This document shows, piece by piece, positions 1-13,354 of a DNA stretch of 64,000 nt. A program made the translations under genes and the position numbers. The notes under the pieces were generated by a model that saw only the letters and a program-made list of their open reading frames with translations, was not told the DNA's origin and ran no database searches. This DNA comes from Eledone cirrhosa (Eukaryota). The stretch lies in contig OZ024749.1 in NCBI GenBank assembly GCA_964016885.1, positions 31,806,001 to 31,870,000 of the forward strand, read 5' to 3'. Every line of letters begins with the position of its first letter. Position 1 is the stretch's first letter.

Positions 1-298
1 TAATGCACTGGGGTCTATTTAATCCACTTTCCCCTACCCTAAAATTGCTGGCCTTGTGCCTAAAGTAGAAGCCAAGGTTAACTTTGACTTTCATCCTTAC
101 GGGATCGATAAAATAAAGTACCAGTAATGCACTGGGGTCTATTTAATCCACTTTCCCCTACCCTAAAATTGCTGGCCTTGTGCCTAAAGTAGAAGCTAAG
201 GTTAACTTTGACTTTCATCCTTACGGGATCGATAAAATAAAGTACCAGTAATGCACTGAGTAATTGCTGGCCTTGTGCCAAAAGTAGAAACAATTATT
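1..298 (+). mobile_element. tRNA-derived SINE 3' halves, tandemly reiterated
   Basis: Repeated 'ttcatccttacggg(a)tcgataaaataaagtaccagtaatgcactg...ttgctggccttgtgcc.aaagtagaa', matching the SINE seen more than 20 times in the window. Confidence 0.9.
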
Positions 299-439
299 AT
301 CATCATGTTGTTTTTATTTTACTAATTTTGCTTTTTCTTCATTTCTTTTTTAAAAGAATCTTGGTTGATGACGTCACAATTCGAGAATCTCCAACATATT
401 TGTGCACATAAACACACGTATTTATATACACACACATTT

Positions 440-589
440 ATATATACCAACATATATATATATAGACAAATATATATATATATACCAACATATCTATATA
501 TATATACCAACATATATATATATATAGACAAATATATATATATATACCAACATATCTATATATATATACCAACATATATATATATATAC

Positions 590-656
<67 letters not shown>

Positions 657-720
657 ACATATATATATATATATATACCAACATATATATATATATATAC
701 CAACATATATATATATATAC

Positions 721-779
<59 letters not shown>

Positions 780-960
780 ACATATATATATATATATATA
801 TTTCTTTATTTACCATAAAGGCACAAAATATATATATATATACCAACATATATATATATATATACCAACATATATATATACCAACATATATATATATATA
901 CCAACATATATATATACCAACATATATATATATACCAACATATATATATATATATATATG
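440..960. repeat. (TA)n microsatellite punctuated by CCAACA
   Basis: Directly visible. Confidence 0.95.
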
Positions 961-1211
961 TTGGAATATTATATATTTGTTAGTAGTATATATATGTTGG
1001 TATATCTATATGTTCGGTTATAATATATATATCACTATATACCAACAAACTATATATACCAACATATATATATACTCAACATATATATATATAACATACA
1101 GAAATACTCACTTATATACATTGAGGACCTCTGTCATTTCCAGTTGATTCAGCATCACACAATGTCGGACAAGGCTGGCCCCTTTAATTATTAGTACAAC
1201 TACAGCTGAGA

Positions 1212-1802
1212 GGACTAGAACAACGTGGACCCTGAAATGACTAGAACGACTTGGACCCTGAAAGGACTAGAACGACGTGGACCCTGAAAGGACTAGACCG
1301 ACGTGGACCTTGAAAAGACTAGAGCGACGTGGACCCTGAAAGGAGTAGAACGACGTGGACCCTGAAAGGACTAGACCGACGTGGACCTTGAAAAGACTAG
1401 AGCGACGTGGACCCTGAAAGGAGTAGAACGACGTGGACCCTGAAAGGACTAGACCGACGTGGACCTTGAAAAGACTAGAGCGACGTGGACCCTGAAAGGA
1501 CTAGAACAACGTGGACCCTGAAAGGACTAGACCGACGTGGACCCTGAAAGGACTAGAACGACGTAAACCCTGAAAGGACTAGAGCGACGTGGACCCTGAA
1601 AGGACTAGACCGACGTGGACCCTGAAAGGACTAGAGCGACGTGGACCCTGAAAGGACTAGACCGACGTGGACCCTGAAAGGGCTAGAGCGACGTGGACCC
1701 TGAAAGGACTAGAGCGACGTGGACCCTGAAAGGACTAGTGACGTGGACCCTGAAAGGACTAGAACGACGGGGACCCTGAAAGGACTAGACCGACGTGGAC
1801 CC
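1212..1802 (+). repeat. 26-bp minisatellite, about 22 copies (gaaaggactagaacgacgtggaccct)
   Basis: Direct tandem array with no unique spacers; embedded in a SINE-like sequence. Confidence 0.95.
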
Positions 1803-2020
1803 AATGTGCTGCCCGGTCCTGGAATTGAAAGCCTGGCGTTACAATCGGGAACTAAACATCCTAGCCACTAAGCCACACGCCTGCACACATACACACATAC
1901 ACACATACACACATACATACATACATACATACATATATACATACATACACACATACATACAAACACATACATACACACATACATACAAACATACATACAT
2001 ACATACATACATACATACAT

Positions 2021-2051
<31 letters not shown>

Positions 2052-2289
2052 TACATACATACATACATACATACATACATACATACATACATACATACAT
2101 ACATACAAACACATACATACACACATACATACAAACATACATGGTGGCTGCCAACTCGTTTTCGAGTACGGCCACTACTGTATATCCATGTAGGAGAACT
2201 ACCAATGCGCTGAACGAGTGTGACTTTTTAGTCCAGCCAGCGACTTGAAAACTCTGGTACAAACACCACACTTGTGACAACTATTGACA

Positions 2290-2430
2290 CATAGTGCTGG
2301 GCCCTTGGTACCATGTGACGACAAGTGCAGAGAGATCTCCAGATATAAAGCAATACCTGTGCCGTGAAGCTTTTATAGTGAGCAAAGGCACTGCACAAAG
2401 CCAGTCCCACTCTCTTAACCAAGATGATAT
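2290..2430 (+). pseudogene. Possible decayed Penelope GIY-YIG C-terminus
   Basis: Translation 'CREAFIV...LNQDD' resembles the REAxxI...LN end of PLE endonucleases (cf. REASEI...LNRK at the end of the 47629 ORF). Confidence 0.3.
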
Positions 2431-2746
2431 TTACCAAAAAGAAGAAAAAGTCAACATCATTGGATACCATCAGAGTTGCAGGTGTTATATCAGAGTTTTC
2501 CTTCTCGCACATACATACACACATACATACACACATACATACATACACATACATACATAAATGAATACTTAAATATATAAATACATATGGACACCATACG
2601 CATATATATATATAGTTCTGTTTACATGCCAACACAAGATCAAAAATGAGGGGCTCATCCTACTGACATGGCTTAAAAGAGGCTGTTAGCATAATTGCAA
2701 ACGAATCGAATATTATTATTGATATTCGAAAAACTCAGATTACATT

Positions 2747-2796
<50 letters not shown>

Positions 2797-2802
<6 letters not shown>

Positions 2803-2927
2803 TAACAGATTAAAGTTTAAGCAAAGAATCGCTGCTTATCCATATCGAGCCCTCTTTGGCTTTTAGTCTTCAAATTTATTATTATTACTATATATATATA
2901 TATATATATTATTATTATTATTATTAC

Positions 2928-2972
<45 letters not shown>

Positions 2973-3102
2973 ATTATTATTACTATATATATATATATAG
3001 TAATAATAATAAATGTGAAGACTAAAATCCGAAGTGGGCACGATAGGGATAATATATTTAAGGCTGAAAGCAACGATTCTTTGCTTAAACTTAAATCTGT
3101 TA

Positions 3103-3110
<8 letters not shown>
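2797..3110. repeat. Fold-back repeat around (TA)/(TTA)n; family also at about 6540, 16750 and 37615-37710
   Basis: ttaaaataacagattaaagtttaagcaaagaatcg... is inverted at 3060-3108. Confidence 0.8.
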
Positions 3111-3155
<45 letters not shown>

Positions 3156-3513
3156 GATTTAAATAGATATAACAATTTAAATAGAACTTTTACATATATA
3201 TATATACATATATTTAAATATACACCCATACATACATATTTACATATATATATACACAGGAAAACACACACACCCTAACACACGCACACACAAACACACA
3301 CACAGACATACACACACACTAACACACTAACACACGCACACAGAAACACAGACACACAGACACACATACATACATACAAACACACACATACACACACTCA
3401 CACACATACATACAAACACATACACACACACACACCCTAACACACGTACGCACAAACACACACACACACACATACATACAAACACACACACAAACACACA
3501 CACCCACACATAT

Positions 3514-3578
<65 letters not shown>

Positions 3579-3613
3579 CTTACTCATACATAGAAATACA
3601 TAAAGTAAGAAAG

Positions 3614-3705
3614 ATGGACAAGAAGAAGACGAAGCGAGGTAAAATCAAGAAACGGAAGAACAAGGAGCCTTTGATGTCGGATAAGGAAGCCATTTTGGTT
3701 TACAA
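3614..3705 (+). CDS. CCDC83: CCDC83-like coiled-coil protein, coding exon 1 (MDKKKTKRGKIKKRKNKEPLMSDKEAILVY/K)
   Basis: ATG at 3614, open frame to AA|GTAAG donor (phase 2), which joins in frame to the exon at 8101; 'EAILVY' resembles recalled CCDC83 'EALLDY'. Confidence 0.75.
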
Positions 3706-5104
3706 GTAAGATGGTGGATTTCATTTCTTATATAACCTTTCTTAAACATTTGATGGCTCTGCTCAAGGTTCGCCTCAACCCATTGACTCGAATTATATAT
3801 ATATATATGTGTGTGTGTTTGTGTGTGTGTGTGTGTATGTGTGTGCATGCACGCACTGCACACACATAATATATATATATATATGCGCACACCCCACACA
3901 CACACACATTATATACATATATATATATATATAATATATACAGGATCTCTCTCTATATATATATATATATATAATATATATATATATAATATATACAGGA
4001 TCTATAGATATAAATATATATATAATATATACAGGATCTTCTAGTTAAAACCGTTAAGACCTTTATTCAAATTAGTATTCTATACCTAAGAAAAGTAGAG
4101 TGTATATATTATAAGAATGTCTTCCCTACGGTTAAGCTTTTACCGTTTCAATAGCAAATGAGGAACTAAATCTGGATGATATAATTTTATTCAAATCTCT
4201 CTCTTAGGGGTCGGGGTAATGGTTTGAATTACAGGTGAAGTGGATCTTATCAGAAGGGGCTTCTCTGATGTAACTCTGATTGTAATACTTATGAAACAAG
4301 AAAACGGGGGTATTGTGTTAGTTACTTAAACAAAAGTTATAAACAAATACATGACGAGGATGAAGTACGAAGAAGTTTGTCTTTACTGTGGGAGATAAAC
4401 TCAATGTTTATGCATCAGTGTCAGCTGTTGTATGTTTTTTTATACGCTAGGTAATTGTCATGTTTAATATCATCGTCAGTGTGTTAATGTAGTATTGTCT
4501 CCAGTCATAAGAGTTAGCTACCAGCAAGTGCCTGGTCCGCAAGATGAAGTGGTAGGGGCAGCTTCAGCGAGTCTCCCTTGCTATCCTCCAGGGCAACATC
4601 TCCATCTTTTTGCCGCCGGAACCACGGAATGGTAGTGGCTGTTCCAGTGAGTTTCCCTCGCTATTCTAATGTCTTCTCCATTATGTTCGCCGCTGGGACT
4701 ACGAAATGGTAATGGCTGTTCCTACGGGTCTCCCTCACCATCCTCTCGGACAATGTCTTCTCCATGTTGTATGCCGCAAGGCCCACGAGATCGACTGACT
4801 CATACTCATAACCTGCATTGGTAGATTTCGAAGACACTTACACCATTGTTTTTCACTGATTTTGATCAGAATTTGAGAAATATATAGGTTGTTGTTTTAT
4901 AGGTACAATATCGACATGTCAGTTTAAGAAAAGACGAGAACATCAGTGAGTCTATTTTAAGTGTTTTCGACTGAGATCGAAGCTCGTTAACTCTGGACCA
5001 AAATTGAATAAATTATTCTGTTGGTATAAATATTTTTGTGAGTTTGATTTTATGGGGGGTTGTGGTATAGGTGTTGTGGAGTGGAGAGCTTCTAGTTTAG
5101 ACAT

Positions 5105-5290
5105 GTGGATTGGCAGTATCGGTAGAGGGTCGGACGCCATGCTTTCCAGCATAGTTACGTCCCTTTACGATCTGAGTTGAAATCCCGCCGAGGTTGACTT
5201 TGCCTTTCATCCTTACGGGGTCGATAAAATAAAGTACCAGTAATGCACTGGGTAATTGCTGGCCTTGTGCCAAAAGTAGAAACAATTATT
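5105..5290 (+). mobile_element. tRNA-derived SINE, full length
   Basis: A-box-like TGGCAGTATCGG, B-box-like GAGTT(G/C)AAATCC, conserved core, tail aaacaattatt. Confidence 0.9.
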
Positions 5291-5502
5291 GGATACATTA
5301 GATAGATTTTGCAGGTGTTTGATCTTTTGCTGGTTAGGTCATTTTGTTGTCTATTGTGAAGTACTGTATGTTAGTGGTAAGGTTGTATCTATCGTTATGT
5401 ATGTCTTATTCTATAGGAAAGGTTTTAGTAATGTAGATATAATAGTTTTGTGTAATGAGCTGGTTCTTTGTGTTTGGGAGATTGCTTGGTGTCAGATGTA
5501 TA

Positions 5503-5544
<42 letters not shown>

Positions 5545-5547
<3 letters not shown>

Positions 5548-5770
5548 GCTTTCACCGTATTTTTTTACTACAGAAATTTTAGTCTGATAATGGGGTTTAA
5601 AACGCTCAGATAAATGGAAAAAGATGAGTATTGACTCATTTTTTTCCATTTATCTGAGGGTTCTAAACCCCATTATCAGAGTAACATTTTTTTAGTCAAA
5701 AAAATACGGTGAAAGCTATTTTATTTTCTAATTTCAAATTTGCTCACTGTTTCAAAACATATTTACTTAT
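5545..5770. mobile_element. Fold-back insert in (TA)n, same family as 17061-17762
   Basis: aatagctttcaccgtatttt...aaaatacggtgaaagctatt inverted arms. Confidence 0.8.
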
Positions 5771-5790
5771 ATATATATATATATATACAG

Positions 5791-5921
<131 letters not shown>

Positions 5922-5960
5922 TTATATATATATATATATATAATATATATATTATATATT

Positions 5961-6045
<85 letters not shown>

Positions 6046-6063
6046 ATATATTTATATATATTC

Positions 6064-6125
<62 letters not shown>

Positions 6126-6156
6126 ATATATTTATATATATTCATATATATATATA

Positions 6157-6231
<75 letters not shown>

Positions 6232-6407
6232 TTTTAGAATCCATATTCAATAAACAAACCAGGATTTTTCATTCTGAGGATTGAAAGCAAAACCTTTTGC
6301 TTTTAAGAAACCACTGGTAAATGGAATAATTGCCTTATGTTGTTTATTACATAATAATAAAAATATATATATATATATTTATATATATTTATATATATAT
6401 TTATATA

Positions 6408-6530
<123 letters not shown>

Positions 6531-7247
6531 AGAGAGAGAGCTCTTATCGATCCCTCTCTGGATTTTGGTCTTTGTATTCATTATTACTGTTATATACAAA
6601 TATATGTGTGTGTGCGTATCTTTGTGCAGCTGTGTGTATGTATGTATATAAGCTTGTATATGTGTGTGTTTTTACCCGTATGTCAGCTATGGTTGCGCAT
6701 ATCTACAATGTTTTATTTTCTGATATTAAGCCTCTTATTGTTGCAGGTCAAACCAATCTCAAACAGTCTCTAGTATTTAATCGATTACTAAAATTGTTTG
6801 ACGCTTACACGATGTCTTTTATTATTCATCAATACTTTTGAGAATGTTTCAACATAATTCTTCTCAAAATTGATTTATAGCTTACGACATCGATAATATT
6901 TGAGTTAACCTCTGATCTCAGGTTTTTAACAGCTAGGAACCATAACGTGTAGTCTATGGCTCAATAAACGAGATAAGTTCAAGCGGGCATTATGACTAGA
7001 ATGGAAGAGGTCAACTAGGATGGAACACTTACCCGAACGGTTACGATGACTGTGAGTTTGAGGGCTTTCTCCATAAATAACCCTTGGAAAACAACACCTC
7101 TCTATTGGGAGATTTATTGTTTGTTATTGCTTGAATTTTAAAAATGTTTCTTCGATTTTATTATAAACATCTTTAAATGCAAAAACCACACAGCATTGTC
7201 TTGTTCTGCTTTATTGTTCTCTTAATGTGAGCCCTGTGTGGTTAATA

Positions 7248-8072
7248 TTGGCAGTATCGGTAGAGGGTCGGACGCCATACTTTCCAGCATAGTTACGTCC
7301 CTTTACGGTTTGAGTTCAAATCCCCTCGAAGTTAACTTTGCCTTTCATCCTTATCGGGTCGATAAATAAAGTGCCAGTAATGTACTGGGTATTTGCTGGT
7401 CTTGTGCCAAACGTAGAAACAATTATTATTGGCAGTATCTGTGTAGCATCGGACACACTGTTTCGCAGCATAGAGTTACGGCACTTTACGTTCTGAGTCC
7501 AAATCCAGCCGAGATTAACTTTGCCTTTCATCCTTGCAGGGTCGATAAAATAAAGCACCAGTAATGCACTGGGGTCGATTTAATCGACTTTCTCCTCCCC
7601 TTAGACAGAATTGCTGGCCTTGTCCCTAAAGTAGAAACAATTATTTGACAGAATCGGTAGAGCGTCGGAGACCATGCTTTGCGACATAGAGTGACGGTCC
7701 TTTACGTTATGATTTCAAATCTAGCTGAGGTTAACTTTGCCTTTCATCCTTATGTGGTCGATTAAATAAAGTACCAGTAATTCACTGGAGTCGATTTAAT
7801 CAACTTCCCCCTCTCCTTCAAATCGTTGGCCTTGTGCCTAAAGTAGAAATAATTATTATTATCATTATTACTATATTTTGAGGGCGGTGGATTGGCAGTA
7901 TCGGTAGAGAGTCGGACACCATGCTTTGAAGCATAGAGTTACGTCCCTTTATGATCTGAGTTCAAACCCCGCCGAGGTTAACTTTGCCTTTCATCCTTAC
8001 GGGGTCGATAAAATAAAGTACCAGTAATGCACTGGGTAATTGCTGGCCTTGTGCCTAAAGTAGAAACAATTA
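7248..8072 (+). mobile_element. Cluster of 4 head-to-tail SINE copies
   Basis: Four repeats of the SINE consensus. Confidence 0.9.
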
Positions 8073-8100
8073 TCATTATTACTATATTTTAAATATTCAG

Positions 8101-8185
8101 ATTAAGTGTTGCCGAGGAGAAACTGCATGAAGTCCAACAAGAGGCCAAATCATGGAGAGAGAGAAATGAACGCCATATTAAAAGG
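8101..8185 (+). CDS. CCDC83: CCDC83-like exon 2 (LSVAEEKLHEVQQEAKSWRERNERHIKR)
   Basis: ttcag| acceptor, AGG|GTAAT donor, phase 2 to 0, coiled-coil composition. Confidence 0.8.
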
Positions 8186-8221
8186 GTAATATCTCGTCTA
8201 TTATTTTTTAAGGCAAGAAAT

Positions 8222-8412
8222 GGCGGTGAATTGGCAGTATCGGTAGAGGGTCGGACGCCATGCTTTGACGGATAGAGTTACGGCCGTTACCATTCTGAGT
8301 TCAAATCCCGCCGAGGTTAACTTTGCCTTTCATCCTTACGGGGTCGATAAGATAAAGTACCAGTAATGTACTGGGTAATTGCTGGCCTTGTGCCAATAGT
8401 AGAAACAATTAT
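8222..8412 (+). mobile_element. SINE
   Basis: Consensus match. Confidence 0.9.
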
Positions 8413-9084
8413 TTAAGGCAACAAAACTGTAGTCTATATGTAAATATATTTGAGCATCGGACGTAATTCGTCTCGGTTCTGTACGTGCAAAATTCAAAAC
8501 CCGGCGAGGTAAATTTTGCCTTTCATTCATTTGAGATTGATAAAATAAAGTATCTATAAAAAATGGTTTCATTTATTGGTCACATAATGAGTTCGATTTA
8601 AATAACAACTAACCCCCACCCATTTATGTTTGAGCTGTTGTGTAAATGACAATTGAGAAGGAGCTAATGATATGAGTGTGGTGGGTTAGTAAACGAGACG
8701 GAGAACAAAAGTGAGGACTATCACGTAATTAGAGACAAAGAATTAGGATTGAAATACCGGAGACACGATTTCTAACAATGCAGCAGCAAGTGTTTTAAGG
8801 TTTATCTAATCTAATCTGGCCGAGTTTACACTCGCAAATAAGAATAACCTGGGCCGCTCCTAGGAGCATTGGATTTGGTGTACTTCATATTTGTTTCGGT
8901 TGCTGAATACAATCAGGGGTCGCTGCTTCTCCTGAAGGTCAATAGTTCTCTTCTAACTCGAGCGGGAGCGCCTTTCCATTGTCAATTTGCATTGATCGTC
9001 TGCAAAGCTGCATTGTTCTCAGAACCACTACACCAGTCTTTCTATGCGTGCAGCTGGAGCTACTGCCACCTATTGATTTGGCAG

Positions 9085-9216
9085 GATCGCAACTCTTTTC
9101 TACAGCTGAGTAAACTGGAGCAACGTGAAATAAAGTGACACAACACATCACCCGGTCCGAGAATCGAACTCACAACCTTCCATGCCCAATGCTCTAACCA
9201 CTAAGCCATGCGCCTT
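9085..9216 (-). mobile_element. Second tRNA-SINE family, 5' region; forward copy at 9832-9952
   Basis: Reverse complement reads aggcgcatggcttagtggttagagc...gagttcgattctcggaccg...tttcacgttgctccag. Confidence 0.7.
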
Positions 9217-9279
9217 TAAGGTTTAAATCCTTGCTAAAGCACGGTTTAAAACTTAAACGACATGCACAGTGAATTTAAT

Positions 9280-9593
9280 CAGGGTTGGATTTAGATCCAG
9301 GGGTGCCTGGAGCATTTCAGGTTTGGGAGGGCCCTCGTACACAACAAATTAAAATACAACCCCTCTCCCTCAATTTTACATAGCAAAGTTAATTTTGCGC
9401 AAGTAATTGGAGTTGAAAGATGATACATACTGGTATTAAATTCAAAAATTCTCATCATCCTAAAACTAAAAAAGCCCAGCTGAGGGCACGAATAAATTGC
9501 TACGGTCGTCGCTGGTGGGAGCCCGCACTTCAGGTGAGCCGTGGGAATTGCATCTTTTGACACAGACACCCTCCCCCATTAAATCCGGCCCTA
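9280..9593. mobile_element. hAT-type MITE
   Basis: TIRs cagggttggattta / taaatccggcccta; 8-bp TSD aatttaat/actttaat (1 mismatch). Confidence 0.7.
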
Positions 9594-9623
9594 ACTTTAA
9601 TAGATGTGAATATTCCATTGCAG

Positions 9624-9792
9624 AATAAGCGACTTGGTACGGAACAGGATCATTTGCTAGAGCGTCTTTTGGAGCAATACCGAGAAACAGAAGAGAAATG
9701 GGCTAGTGAAGAAGTTGTCGGTAAAGAGGTGGTCGTCGAGGTTCTACAAGAGAGATGGAAACTAAGTGAAGAACACAAGAAAGTTATAGCAG
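9624..9792 (+). CDS. CCDC83: CCDC83-like exon 3 (NKRLGTEQDHLLERLL...ERWKLSEEHKKVIA)
   Basis: ttgcag| acceptor, G|GTAAAC donor, phase 0 to 1; resembles recalled CCDC83 'NSRLKEEQ...EKWKF'. Confidence 0.85.
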
Positions 9793-10492
9793 GTAAACCA
9801 CTTTTTAAAAATATCCTTTTCTTACACAGTGAAGGCGTGTGTTTGAGTGGTTAGAGAATTGGATTCGCAATCATGAGGTTGTCAGTTCGATTCCCGGACC
9901 GTGGGATGCGTTATTTCCTTGAGCAGCTATACACTTTATTTCACGTTGCTCCTTCTACCTGGAGTTGCGACCGATAGATAGTATTAGCAATTGGAAAGAC
10001 CAATGGAAACATTGTTTCCTCGGTCCGATTTGACGAAAGTCAATCGTTCCTTTTTCTTACACAATTCTATTATATCTATTAACACCAGAGGTTTCCTCAA
10101 TGTACATGAGCTGTCATTGTGGTTGTTGTTGTTCTGTTAGTTGTTGCTATAGTTGTTGCGGCTTTTACGATTATATGATGCGCACACACACACATACACA
10201 CACACACACACACACACCCGTCATCTCACAAATCAGAACAAACACTATATTTTTTTGACACATCGCCAGTCAGAAGAGCAGATCGATAATGGATTCGGGT
10301 CCATAACTCCTAGAGGTGATATTGAGCCAATCATCTGCGAAACCCGCGTAACAGGTCGATACATAATATAACTCTAATACATGTAAACGAAACTTCCTCG
10401 TTTTTTCTAATATATATTAGAAAAAACGAGGAAGTTTCGTTTTCATATGAAAAATATTTATTGCGTATCGATCTGTTACGCGCGTTTCCAGA

Positions 10493-10612
<120 letters not shown>

Positions 10613-10630
10613 GTGTGCGTGTACGGGCGT

Positions 10631-10709
<79 letters not shown>

Positions 10710-10711
<2 letters not shown>

Positions 10712-10834
10712 TATCCCGGGTTTAATCGGGGTAACCACAGTAAGTAAGGTACTCAATACATAGCAGAGTATAAATATTTAATATATGGGCTTTTCTGATG
10801 ATTTCCTTCGTAGTCCTGTAGAAGCCATTTCTAT

Positions 10835-10835
<1 letters not shown>
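10710..10835 (+). ncRNA. Family-A hammerhead relic (internal deletion) with inverted tail
   Basis: GGCTTTT-CTGATGA-...TAGTCCTGTA-GAAGCC, lacking the GAAACAG segment present at 49781-49832. Confidence 0.6.
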
Positions 10836-10873
<38 letters not shown>

Positions 10874-11090
10874 TTGAGGTTAGCTGGACATGCTCACCGA
10901 CATCCAGAGTTGACATTGCACTCAGTGCTCCTTTGGGATCCCCTACATGGACACACTAGAAGAGTAAAACCAAGGATAACGTATGTTGATGCCCTAAGGA
11001 CAGACGCTGGTCTGTTGGAGACGCAGGACATGGCAGCGATAATGAGGGACAGAGACCGCTGGAGAGAACTCGTCCATGGATCTCGGGAAT
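10874..11090 (+). mobile_element. RTE-like LINE ORF C-terminal fragment
   Basis: RLAGHAHRH...LLW.P.HG..RR..PRITYVD...MRDRDRWRELV, typical RTE-clade C-terminus. Confidence 0.75.
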
Positions 11091-11287
11091 TTTACCCGCT
11101 TTAGTGAGATATATATTATAAACAAACCGAGGTTTCATATTAAGATCTTAATTGACAGATGAAACTGCTGTAATTGTGTATAATCAATAAAGACCTTGAT
11201 GCGAAATCTCCCTTTGTTTTCAACATCTACAATCTGCCCTAGCATAGAGTGCTGATTTTTGTACCCTCATCAGTAAACCACGGATAC

Positions 11288-11333
<46 letters not shown>

Positions 11334-11391
11334 AAGAGAGTGTGGTTAGAAACCAGAGTACTCGTTACTTAGGATAGTAGAGTGGGTAGGA

Positions 11392-11424
<33 letters not shown>

Positions 11425-11427
<3 letters not shown>

Positions 11428-11757
11428 AAAGTAAGTCCATAGAATCATTTGATAAAATATATACAGTATTTCTCCTCCCAATCAAAAAATCAATTTAACG
11501 AGGCTATAAGTTTAAAATGTACCTATGAAGAAACAATAGATAAATAAATGACAGCTATTTTATCCGCGATCCACAGCCACAGAAGATTTACCTAGTATTT
11601 CTAATAGCCCGTAGAAATCGATTAGATATATAGTTTATACACAATTATTAGATATATAGTTTATACACAATTATTAGATATATAGTTTATACACAATTAT
11701 TAGATATATAGTTTATACACAATTAAAGTTAGAAGAAAAAATGTGCATAAATATACC

Positions 11758-11765
<8 letters not shown>
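11425..11765 (-). mobile_element. Family-C fragment with an internal tandem expansion of about 26 bp
   Basis: Reverse match to 17850-18585; ttagatatatagtttatacacaatta repeated about 4 times. Confidence 0.75.
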
Positions 11766-11800
<35 letters not shown>

Positions 11801-12232
11801 TATATATATATGAATGCTATTACCCACTCTACTACCCTAAGTATCGAGTACTCTGGTTTCTTACTACACTTTCTTTATATATATATATATATATCCGAGG
11901 TTCGTAAACACACTCACACGGTTACACACACAGACACCCACTTATACACTTATATGTATATGCGTGTGTATATGTATATGTGTGTGATTTTGATATCTAT
12001 AGCGTAAGTATTCCCATAACTGGCAATGACAAGCATAAAATCCATAGAATACTATAGTAACTGGATCATGGGAGGTAACTCATTCTATTTTAACCAACAT
12101 CCTGGTTACGTGTGTACTTTCTTGAACGAACAACCTCAAACGTTTATAGGAAAACCAATATAAACGACTGGACTATTGAATCAACACCAATGTATAACTG
12201 GTATAATATCCGAGCCATATTTTCTGCGCATA

Positions 12233-12422
12233 TAATTGTTTCTACTTTTGGCACAAGGCCAGCAATTATCCCAGTGTATTACTGGTACTTTATTTTATCG
12301 ACCCCGTAAGGATGAAAGGCAAAGTTAAGCACAGCGGGATTTGAACTCAGACCATAAAGGGTCGTAACTCTTTGGTGCAAAGCATGGCGCCCGACTCTCT
12401 AGTGATACTGCCAATCCACCGT
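12233..12422 (-). mobile_element. SINE
   Basis: Reverse consensus match. Confidence 0.9.
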
Positions 12423-12531
12423 AATAAAATATGTAATAAGGATGTTTTATCTAGGATTATTTTATCCACCCATCCCTACATTACATACATAAATATATAG
12501 AGGGGCGTAGAAACATCGTATTAGTGCTACC

Positions 12532-12628
<97 letters not shown>

Positions 12629-12774
12629 CCCTTTTGGGGAGAGCCTGAGAGCGTGTAATTTCTCTTTGAGAGAACTTCTGGATTCTAATCTACCAACTTC
12701 TTCTTAGCGCTGAGGGAGACCATCACCATTCTATTAATGTCGATATAATTCTTATATCGATATTAATTTGGGCA

Positions 12775-12898
12775 TCCACTGATGAGTTTATAAGGGCCCG
12801 CTTGTGTATAAAACTACGGATTATATACAAGTTTCTACATAACCTGGAAATTATTTGTCCCAAATTGTAGAAATCTTATAAAGAAACGGCCGTCTGGA
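12775..12898 (+). ncRNA. Type-I hammerhead ribozyme motif with long stem II (family E)
   Basis: TCCA-CTGATGA-G TTTATAAG...CTTATAAA-GAA-ACGGCCGT-C-TGGA; GUC site, palindromic stem III; lies in a TA-flanked insert at about 12625-13070. Confidence 0.85.
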
Positions 12899-13067
12899 AG
12901 GAAAGAGATATTTATTCAATAATGTCTCATATAAAATAATACAACCAACTATCCACGAAATACTGATTAGTTAGCACCCAAACACTAAATTGGGATAATA
13001 CTTAGGTATATCCTAATGTTTGTTGAGTGAGATGGAATTGGTCAGAGTATCGCTTAAGGCTTTCTCT

Positions 13068-13111
<44 letters not shown>

Positions 13112-13150
13112 GATATTAATAAATGGAAACTATATTTATAAAACCATATT

Positions 13151-13215
13151 TATTTCATTATATATATTTCAAGGATACCAAGTTACATTATGGTATGCCT
13201 TCATCAGACAAAATA
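13151..13215 (-). ncRNA. Hammerhead motif (family F, AUA site)
   Basis: TATTTTGT-CTGATGA-AGGC ATACCA..TGGTAT CCTT-GAA-ATATATAT-A-ATGAAATA. Confidence 0.7.
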
Positions 13216-13257
13216 CAATATATAACAGTTTTATAAATATATTACCACATCCTCTTT

Positions 13258-13337
<80 letters not shown>

Positions 13338-13354
13338 ATATATATATATATATA

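Noticed and set aside
1212-1802. CRISPR-like array
   Set aside because: Pure tandem repeat with no unique spacers, no cas genes, and a eukaryotic context.
5105-5190. SINE heads as functional tRNA genes
   Set aside because: They lack a full cloverleaf and are embedded in high-copy SINEs.
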